From: Candidatus Wolfebacteria bacterium
GTDB lineage: Bacteria > Patescibacteriota > Minisyncoccia > UBA6257 > UBA9933
Direction of reading: 5' to 3'
DNA: 64,000 bases
Assembly (NCBI GenBank): GCA_024654025.1
Contig: JANLIR010000002.1
Coordinates: 168,959-232,958, forward strand
Of the stretch, positions 17,484-24,266 are shown in pieces. The position numbers were made by a program, and so were the translations under genes. The notes under the pieces were generated by a model. The model worked only from the letters and a program-made list of their open reading frames with translations. It did no database searches and was not told the DNA's origin. Position 1 is the first letter of the stretch; every line of letters begins with the position of its first letter.

Positions 17484-18137
17484 CTAATAGGACGCGAAAA
17501 TACCCTTTGCCCACCCCCGGATTTTTAAAGATAGCCCAACATTACAGATGTAGATTTCAAAAGTTCCATAAGGAAGGCCCTCTTTTTTGGATTTTGTGGC
17601 TCTTTTTACTGAGAGTTTGAAAAACTGCTTTAAAGGGATGCCGGAAATTTCCGACCAGTATTTTTCTGTTCCCCGATGATCAAGGTGGGGATAGATATAA
17701 ATATGCCCCCGGAATTTCTGTTCCGGAACCTCACAAACATCCCTAAAAAAGGCCATCATTAACCTAACTATATTCGGGTCGCTGTTTGAGAACCGGACAA
17801 GGCCTTTTTGGGTTTTCCCACACCCTGCCCAATACAAAACCGAGCCAATTAGCCAAAGCTCACTTCTAGTTATTTTCTTTACCTGCTTTTGCGCTTGGTC
17901 GATAAGGTTTTCTCGTGTAGCTGTTTCCCGAGCCAGTCTGGTTGCGCGTCTTTTTTCCACTACCGAAAGCTTTACGGCGCGCTTTGATAGCGTTTTCTCC
18001 TGGTCTTTAGTTAGCGCGATGTTGCGGACCCATAAGCTCGCGCTACTTTTTGAAACGTTTAAGTTTTTCGCGATCTCGTTCAGAGAGTAACCATAAGCTC
18101 GGAGTTCTCGCGCTTTTTGTTTTTCAGCCTGCTTCAT
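17484..18137 (-). CDS. HTH-domain protein with degenerate LAGLIDADG-like C-terminal domain
   Basis: N-terminal YSLNEIAKNLNVSKSSASLWVRNI (HTH). C-terminal LWLIGSVLYWAGCGKTQKGLVRFSNSDPNIVRLMMAFF resembles homing-endonuclease cores. Confidence 0.5.
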   Translation of the reverse strand: MKQAEKQKARELRAYGYSLNEIAKNLNVSKSSASLWVRNIALTKDQEKTLSKRAVKLSVVEKRRATRLARETATRENLIDQAQKQVKKITRSELWLIGSVLYWAGCGKTQKGLVRFSNSDPNIVRLMMAFFRDVCEVPEQKFRGHIYIYPHLDHRGTEKYWSEISGIPLKQFFKLSVKRATKSKKEGLPYGTFEIYICNVGLSLKIRGWAKGIFASY

Positions 18138-18218
18138 AATCGAACTGATGAAGATATTTACTATGCTGAATATAGCATACAGGTTCGATTATTACAATAA
18201 AAAGAAGTTTGATTTCTG

Positions 18219-18330
18219 TGCGCGTTGAGGGGATTGAACCCCCGACCTGTCGCCTAAGGCGACCGTTCTAACCAACTGCTCCGACGCTTCGGTCGGAGCC
18301 CCGACTTCGTATTAGCGAACGTCGGAGAGC
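18219..18330 (-). pseudogene. tRNA-like remnant or aberrant tRNA
   Basis: The minus strand has a normal D-loop/T arm/acceptor 3' strand (..AGTTGGTTAGAAC G GTCGC cttag GCGAC AGGTC GGGGG TTCAATC CCCTC AACGCGC A). The anticodon loop is only 5 nt and there is no matching 5' acceptor strand. It is preceded by interlocking hairpins GCTCTCCGAC/GTCGGGGC and GCTCCGAC/GTCGGAGC. Confidence 0.3.
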
Positions 18331-18339
18331 TAAAAATTG

Positions 18340-18568
18340 TGGACGCGCCCCGACTCGAACGGGGGACCTTCTCGGTGTCCCGCACAAAGTGGGTGCTATA
18401 GGATTCGAACCTATGACCTTCGCAGTGTAAATGCGACGCTCTAACCAACTGAGCTAAGCACCCACTTTAAGCGGGATTGCGATTTGTTTTTAAAAATTTT
18501 ATATCAAATTAAATTTTTAGACAAATCGGGAATAAACGAGACGCTCTAACCAACTGAGCTACGCGTCC
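18340..18568 (-). tRNA. interrupted tRNA-Val (outer gene); exons 18535-18568 and 18340-18379, 155-nt insert
   Basis: 5' half GGACGCG TA GCTC AGTTGGTTA GAGC G TCTCG TT. 3' half GACAC CGAGA AGGTC CCCCG TTCGAGT CGGGG CGCGTCC A. Joined, they form a perfect 74-nt cloverleaf. Confidence 0.6.
18390..18463 (-). tRNA. tRNA-Val(UAC), nested inside the interrupted tRNA-Val
   Basis: GGGTGCT TA GCTC AGTTGGTTA GAGC G TCGCA TTTACAC TGCGA AGGTC ATAGG TTCGAAT CCTAT AGCACCC A. No encoded CCA. Confidence 0.9.
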
Positions 18569-18569
18569 A

Positions 18570-19184
18570 CTATTTGATTTTATCGTCTCCATTGCTATTC
18601 TCTTTGCTTAACGCATTAAAGACTTTTTTCAGAGCGTATTCAAAAAATATAACTCCTATTATTAAAAGCGTCAAAAACAGGGCGGCTCGTTTTAAATCGT
18701 GTTTAAGAATATCGGTTTGGTGCGCAAAAAGGTATCCAAGAGAAATTAATAAAGTTGTCCAGACAGCTGCGGCGGTTGCGCTGTATTTCAAAAGTTTTTT
18801 AAGCGAAATTTTTGAATAGCCGGCGCAGACTAAAACTACTCTGTTTAAATTCCACGCGAACTTGGAAATAAAAATCCAAAAACCGCTTCTTTTTTCCAGT
18901 TTCCGCAAAATCGGCGCGGTGTTTTCGGTTGTAAAAAATAAAAATTTTTTCCGTCCGCTTTCAACCAATCTTTTACCCAAGCTCCAATAAAAAAGATCGC
19001 ACAAGATAACCCCGATAAAAGCCGTTATTAGCGAAGGGAAAAAACCGACAGCTCCGCTTCTTACCAATACTCCGGTCAGTACCAGAATAATTTCTCCCTC
19101 TATGAACATTCCTATAAATATGGCCAAGTACGCGAGTATTCGGTGAACTTCGGAGAGATTTAAAAACAAGGATTCAATATGCAT
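18570..19184 (-). CDS. DedA/SNARE-associated family membrane protein
   Basis: FIEGEIILVLTGVLV...ILCDLFYWSLGKRL and polytopic topology. Confidence 0.8.
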   Translation of the reverse strand: MHIESLFLNLSEVHRILAYLAIFIGMFIEGEIILVLTGVLVRSGAVGFFPSLITAFIGVILCDLFYWSLGKRLVESGRKKFLFFTTENTAPILRKLEKRSGFWIFISKFAWNLNRVVLVCAGYSKISLKKLLKYSATAAAVWTTLLISLGYLFAHQTDILKHDLKRAALFLTLLIIGVIFFEYALKKVFNALSKENSNGDDKIK

Positions 19185-19206
19185 CTCCTTATTATAGCAA
19201 AAAAAG

Positions 19207-19278
19207 TGCGAGTGGCAGGGATCGAACCTGCGACGGCCGTCTTATAAGGGCGGTGCTCTACCACTGAGCTACACTCGC
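19207..19278 (-). tRNA. tRNA-Ile(UAU)
   Basis: GCGAGTG TA GCTC AGTGGTA GAGC A CCGCC CTTATAA GACGG CCGTC GCAGG TTCGATC CCTGC CACTCGC A. One C-A mismatch in the anticodon stem. Confidence 0.75.
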
Positions 19279-19394
19279 AAATTATTTCATAACCAGCTGC
19301 CTGTCCGCCGCAGTCCGCCTATTGGCGGACGAAGGAGGAAGCTACACGCGCAAAGATAGCAATAAATATAGCAAAAACTTTTGTATAGTCAAAG

Positions 19395-20333
19395 CTACTT
19401 CAAAGTCGTAATCGGCCTGCTTTGGACAATATAAAATTTATTTTTTTCAAAAGCCCATTCAATGTCCTGCGGTTTTTTATAATGATTTTCTATATTTTGG
19501 CATATTTGTGCCAACTGTAAAATATATTTGTCGGCCAGTTTTTGTTTTTCTTGCTTGGCTTTCGGCACGATAGTTTCTTTAACTCCGCTTCCGTCTCGCA
19601 CAACCATCATTTCCTGCTTTGAAATGTTTGAGTCCAAAATATTTCTGTTTGTTTTGTGAATTACGTAAGTGTCAGGAGTGATTTTGCCCCCGACAATCGC
19701 TTCGCCCAATCCATACCCGGCCTCAATTACCATCTGGTCATAATCTTCGGTTACTGGGTGTACCGTAAAACAGATTCCGGAAATTTCCGATTGAATCATT
19801 TTCTGCACCACAACTGCCACTAAAACTTTTTGCTTATGAAGTTTTTTTTCAAACCGATAAAAAATCGCGCGTGGAGTAAATAGCGATGCCCAGCATTTTT
19901 TAACATTTTCCAAAAGATTTCCCTTTGAAGTATTTAAATAACTTTCCAATTCTCCGGCCCAGGAAGCGGTAGAAGAGTCCTCGGCTGTGGCTGAACTACG
20001 TACTGCCACATATTTTGTTTTCAGCTTGGCGAATTCAGTTAAAATTTCTTTGGCGATATCTTTGGGAAATTTAGCGTTTAAAATTAAGCTCCTGATTTCT
20101 TCAGAGACCTTTTCAATGGAGTTTATATCTTTGACTTTTACTTTGTGGAGCTGGGCTTCTATCTCAACGTCAATATCGGTTTCTTCCAAAAACCTATCAA
20201 AAGCCCCAGCCAAAACCACAAATCCGGGCGGCACCGGAATTCCGGATTTTATCATTTCGCCAAGCGAAGCTCCCTTGCCTCCGGCAATAGCAGCGTCTTT
20301 TTTTGAAAGTTTGTTAATTTTTTTAATAAACAT
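19395..20333 (-). CDS. PEP synthase/PPDK N-terminal ATP-grasp (nucleotide-binding) domain protein
   Basis: AGGKGASLGEM, VAVRSSATAEDS, QDIEWAFEKNKFYIVQSRPIT. Ends where full-length enzymes continue. Confidence 0.85.
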   Translation of the reverse strand: MFIKKINKLSKKDAAIAGGKGASLGEMIKSGIPVPPGFVVLAGAFDRFLEETDIDVEIEAQLHKVKVKDINSIEKVSEEIRSLILNAKFPKDIAKEILTEFAKLKTKYVAVRSSATAEDSSTASWAGELESYLNTSKGNLLENVKKCWASLFTPRAIFYRFEKKLHKQKVLVAVVVQKMIQSEISGICFTVHPVTEDYDQMVIEAGYGLGEAIVGGKITPDTYVIHKTNRNILDSNISKQEMMVVRDGSGVKETIVPKAKQEKQKLADKYILQLAQICQNIENHYKKPQDIEWAFEKNKFYIVQSRPITTLK

Positions 20334-20366
20334 AATCTACATTTTAACAGCCCAAACCGCTTATAT

Positions 20367-21965
20367 CTACCTTCCCAAATGCAAAACTTTTCTATGATGA
20401 GGATTTGATGTTTTTTGGGCTTGAACCGGAATTATCTTAAAATTATTTTTTGATTTTTTTATCACCGTCACCTTCCCGGAATTTGCGTCAACCTCAACCA
20501 GGTCGCCGTCTTTTAATGATTTTGTAGCTGTCTTTGCTCCGATAATGCATGGTGTTTTAAGTTCTCGAGCCACAATCGCCGCATGGCACAATAAACCTCC
20601 CTCATCGGTGACAACGGCGGAAGCTTTTTTTATTAAAGGCACAAAATCCGGCGTTGTCATAGAAGTAACTAAAACGTCTCCCTCTTCAAATTTTCCTTTT
20701 TCTGACCTTGGGTCAAAAATAATTTTAGCTTTTCCTTTGACCCTTCCTTTATATGCAGTAAACCCTTTTAGTATTTGATTTTTTGAGGTTTCTATCTTCT
20801 CGTGCCAGTCTTCTTTTTTGACGCCGGTCCATACTTTAATCGCGTTTCCGACTTGTTTTATGGTGGCTCCTTTTAATATTCTTTCTCTGACTATTTTTTT
20901 TGGATTATTTTTTCCCAAAAGACCCTCAATAATTTCTTTTTTGGAAAGAAGCCAAAAATCGTCCGCTTCTTCCAATTTCAATCTGTCTATAATTTCAAGG
21001 TAAAAATCCCAGCAGTGCACGAAGTAGTTATAATAATTTTCTTCATCGCAGTTGCGGTAGCCCATCATTTTTCTGAGCCAGAAAATATGTTTTGTTATTT
21101 TGGAATGTTTTTTTAGTTCGGATAAAATTTTCCCCACTATTTTTCGGCTCTTTTCTTCTTCATTATTTATTTTTCTTATTTCGGCTTCGGCATCGGTTTT
21201 TAAGTGTTTCAAAAACCGTTTGTCAATGTCCCCAAGCTTGTAATAATTGCCGTCGTGTTTAAAACTGCATCCGCCGAATTTATACCAATGGCCGAAAATA
21301 ATTTTTTTAATCTTTTTGTCCCGCCAGTTTTTTGAAGTCCTGTATATTTTTTGTATCTTAATTAATTTTTTCAAAAAATTCAGCCGCTCGGTCTTAACCA
21401 TTGAATTTATGCCCACAGATGAAAGAGTTTGCAGAATTTTTCCAACATCTTTTATTTTCAGCTCAGAAGAAAATTTGTCCAATTCTTTTTTGACTAGGCG
21501 GGGAAGAAGATTAACCAAGTCGTAGACGACGTAATAGCCGGCCAGCGCCCGGCGGTGATAATAACCGTGCTTTTCCAATATTTTTACCAGATCGCCGTTT
21601 GTCCTGCTTTTGTAAAAACCGGCACCTTTGGTAAATATTTGATCGGTTATTTTTTTAAAATCCGCGTAAGATTTGAAAAAATATTTTTCCAGCCTGCTGA
21701 AATAATTTTTATCTTTCAGTAAATCGCCGGCGACTCCTTCCAGAAATTCGTCTTCAATTTTACTGTCCCAATAAATAAAAAATTCCCTGGGATTGCCCGA
21801 TCTGGTAGAAACGTATTTAACCCAATTGCCGTAATTTCTTTTATAAGGATCTCCTTTCCAATTTAAAATAGTTACTTTTAAAGTTTCTTCTTCAGAAAGA
21901 ATATCCAGTACTCTGACCATTTTTTCAATGTTATCCGGATTGGAAAAGGGTTTATACCTGCTCAT
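20367..21965 (-). CDS. RPH/PEP-synthase-like protein: unknown helical N-terminal region plus C-terminal phosphohistidine swivel domain
   Basis: C-terminal VLVTSMTTPDFVPLIKKASAVVTDEGGLLCHAAIVARELKTPCIIG (PEP-utilizer mobile domain). DDFWLLSKKEI resembles the DIF(Y/F)L..EEL segment of RPH-like enzymes. Confidence 0.75.
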   Translation of the reverse strand: MSRYKPFSNPDNIEKMVRVLDILSEEETLKVTILNWKGDPYKRNYGNWVKYVSTRSGNPREFFIYWDSKIEDEFLEGVAGDLLKDKNYFSRLEKYFFKSYADFKKITDQIFTKGAGFYKSRTNGDLVKILEKHGYYHRRALAGYYVVYDLVNLLPRLVKKELDKFSSELKIKDVGKILQTLSSVGINSMVKTERLNFLKKLIKIQKIYRTSKNWRDKKIKKIIFGHWYKFGGCSFKHDGNYYKLGDIDKRFLKHLKTDAEAEIRKINNEEEKSRKIVGKILSELKKHSKITKHIFWLRKMMGYRNCDEENYYNYFVHCWDFYLEIIDRLKLEEADDFWLLSKKEIIEGLLGKNNPKKIVRERILKGATIKQVGNAIKVWTGVKKEDWHEKIETSKNQILKGFTAYKGRVKGKAKIIFDPRSEKGKFEEGDVLVTSMTTPDFVPLIKKASAVVTDEGGLLCHAAIVARELKTPCIIGAKTATKSLKDGDLVEVDANSGKVTVIKKSKNNFKIIPVQAQKTSNPHHRKVLHLGR

Positions 21966-22285
21966 TTCAAAATTTTTACGATTCCTTTGTTTAAGTCCAT
22001 TTCAACCCTGTCGCCGTCTTTTAAAATTTTCGTGGCGTTTTTCGTACCCACAATACAAGGAATGCCGAATTCCCGAGCTATAATTGCAGGATGAGAGGTG
22101 ATTCCTCCTCTATCTGTGATTATGGCAGCCGCTTTTATGATAATTGCCGCGAAAGAAGGATTGGTTAATTCCGCAACTAAAATTTCCCCTTCTTTAAAAT
22201 TTTTAAAATCCTTGGGATTTTTAATGATTTTTACTCTGCCCTTGGCTTTCCCTTTGTTTGCAACGATCCCTTTTATTTCTTTCAT
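21962..22285 (-). CDS. stand-alone PEP-utilizer mobile (phosphohistidine swivel) domain protein
   Basis: ILVAELTNPSFAAIIIKAAAIITDRGGITSHPAIIAREFGIPCIVG. 107 aa. ATGA overlaps at both ends. Confidence 0.8.
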   Translation of the reverse strand: MKEIKGIVANKGKAKGRVKIIKNPKDFKNFKEGEILVAELTNPSFAAIIIKAAAIITDRGGITSHPAIIAREFGIPCIVGTKNATKILKDGDRVEMDLNKGIVKILK

Positions 22286-23346
22286 AAATTGTAAATTTTT
22301 TTCAAGTATGCCACCCCTACGTATTTCTCATACTCCTTTTTATTTTTCGGATAGGACATTTTTATAAAACCTGTTTTTAAGCGCTTATCTTTTATTTTTT
22401 TAACCATTTCTTTATCCGGACGCCAATTTAAGCCAGCCAAATTAAATAATCCCCTTAATTCATAAGCTTGCTGTTCTAAAAATTTCAATTTTGTTTTTTC
22501 AAAATTATATCCCTTTGCCTCAAGATAAATTTCTCCGGTTTTCTCCGCTATTTGCCGGATTAATTTTTCAATTTTAAGGCCAGTCGCTGGTTTTCCGTTC
22601 AACAAAACCAAATATTTAAACAATTTTTTGGCATAGTCCTTATCCGCTAAAATATGAGTAGTTACAAAACGCATTTTGAGTCTTGTGTCTTTGTATAAAA
22701 CCAAAATCATTATTTTTTTAAATTTAAAATTTTTTAATTTAGGCCACAGCTCTTTAGGAAACAAATCAAGGTAATTCTTTATAAGCAGAGAATGATTTTT
22801 ATATTTGTAAGGACCTTCGTTAAAATAACCATATTCGGTTGAATAATCGTTGTAAAGCGCGTGGTTATACATCGCTAAAATACCGCTTAATTTAGATATA
22901 TTTGCCTTTTCTTTTTCGCCGGCAACTTTCAATTTTAGGATAATTCTGCTGATTTCTTCTTTTGTTCTTAAAACACAACTTTTTTCATTAAATAGATTTT
23001 TATCTTTGCTTATCCAAAGCATGTACTTTATGAAAAAGTCAAAAATAGTTTTTGCTTTTTCTTTGTCATAATTAAAATAAGCGCCCATATTCACAAGCGT
23101 ATAAAATATATATTTTATGGAGCCATAATTAGAAAGGTTCGCTAAAATTTTCTTTTGGGATATTTTTTTGCTTTCAATTATCTTAATGGCGGAATAAATT
23201 TTATCCATCCAAAGTTTGAAATATAAAGGATAAAATTTAAAGGCATTGAATGGCAGATGAGATGCCGGGTCGTGATCGCCGAAAGTAAAATCCTTTACGG
23301 CATCAGAATAATCCCGTATCCATTTATTTGGATTCCAATTATTCAT
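22282..23346 (-). CDS. hypothetical protein (operon member)
   Basis: 354-aa Lys/Tyr-rich ORF, translationally coupled on both sides. No family recognised. Confidence 0.55.
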   Translation of the reverse strand: MNNWNPNKWIRDYSDAVKDFTFGDHDPASHLPFNAFKFYPLYFKLWMDKIYSAIKIIESKKISQKKILANLSNYGSIKYIFYTLVNMGAYFNYDKEKAKTIFDFFIKYMLWISKDKNLFNEKSCVLRTKEEISRIILKLKVAGEKEKANISKLSGILAMYNHALYNDYSTEYGYFNEGPYKYKNHSLLIKNYLDLFPKELWPKLKNFKFKKIMILVLYKDTRLKMRFVTTHILADKDYAKKLFKYLVLLNGKPATGLKIEKLIRQIAEKTGEIYLEAKGYNFEKTKLKFLEQQAYELRGLFNLAGLNWRPDKEMVKKIKDKRLKTGFIKMSYPKNKKEYEKYVGVAYLKKIYNL

Positions 23347-24196
23347 TTTGTTCTTCTATTTTTACCTCAAATTCTTTTCCGCGCCATACAATTTTTATTT
23401 GATCTCCGCCGATTGTTATGGTCGCGCCTTCCGTGGTGTCTGTAAGCTTTTCATCAGAAATTTCCTTAAAACTTTTAGGAGAAACTTCTCCCGTGATCAG
23501 TTTCAAAATAGCCGCGTCTAAATCCCAGCGGTGGGAAACAGCGCCAATGACCACAGGCCTTTCAGGGAAATATTTTTTTGCAAATTCATGAAGCCTGTCT
23601 AATCCAAATAAGTACTCTTCCGCTACGGTTTCCGGATTTGGACCCTCTGATCCTTCTATGTTTTCTCCTTTGGTATGAGACCATTCTTCAAAAGCTCCTT
23701 CTTCGTTATCGCCATATTTTTTGTCCAAATAATCGTAATATTCAAAATTGTCTTTTTTAGCGTCCCAACGGCGGTCAAATGAAAGTTCTTTAACAAAAAG
23801 AGGAAAATCAACCACTATTTTTTTGTTTTTATTTTCGTCGCTCTCAACTATTTCAATGATTTTTTTAATTGCGGATGAAATTGATCCGGTTTTTCCTGCT
23901 TGGTTTAAAATTTCCTCTTTGATTAAAACCAACACGGTTTCATCGTTTTCATACAACGTTTTCAATCCTTCGCCTGCCGCAATGGCCGTTGATTTGGTTC
24001 TTGCGAGCTCTGTGGCCCCTCCAATATAAATTAAAGCTCTATCAGGAGCGTTATCTATAATTTCTTTTATTTCCCTAGCTTTTTGTTCCTTGGCTTTTTC
24101 AACGCCTTTTTCGCTAAGCCCGGGATGAGTTTGCGATTCCGGGTTTTTCTCATCCGGCTTATCCGAATGTCTTAAAATAAAAAACTTCTTTTCCAT
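23339..24196 (-). CDS. histidine phosphatase superfamily (PGAM-like) protein
   Basis: FILRHSDK (RHG-type motif), GLSEKG, ARTKSTAIA, GAVSHRWD (second His). Confidence 0.6.
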   Translation of the reverse strand: MEKKFFILRHSDKPDEKNPESQTHPGLSEKGVEKAKEQKAREIKEIIDNAPDRALIYIGGATELARTKSTAIAAGEGLKTLYENDETVLVLIKEEILNQAGKTGSISSAIKKIIEIVESDENKNKKIVVDFPLFVKELSFDRRWDAKKDNFEYYDYLDKKYGDNEEGAFEEWSHTKGENIEGSEGPNPETVAEEYLFGLDRLHEFAKKYFPERPVVIGAVSHRWDLDAAILKLITGEVSPKSFKEISDEKLTDTTEGATITIGGDQIKIVWRGKEFEVKIEEQNE

Positions 24197-24230
24197 TGAT
24201 AAAATTATACAGAAATCCGGCGGTTAATAA

Positions 24231-24255
24231 AACAGGTCGCCTGAGGCGACCTGTT
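24231..24255 (-). terminator. ftsH terminator
   Basis: AACAGGTCGCC tga GGCGACCTGTT with a T-rich tail on the minus strand. Confidence 0.75.
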
Positions 24256-24266
24256 TGGCTGGCAGA

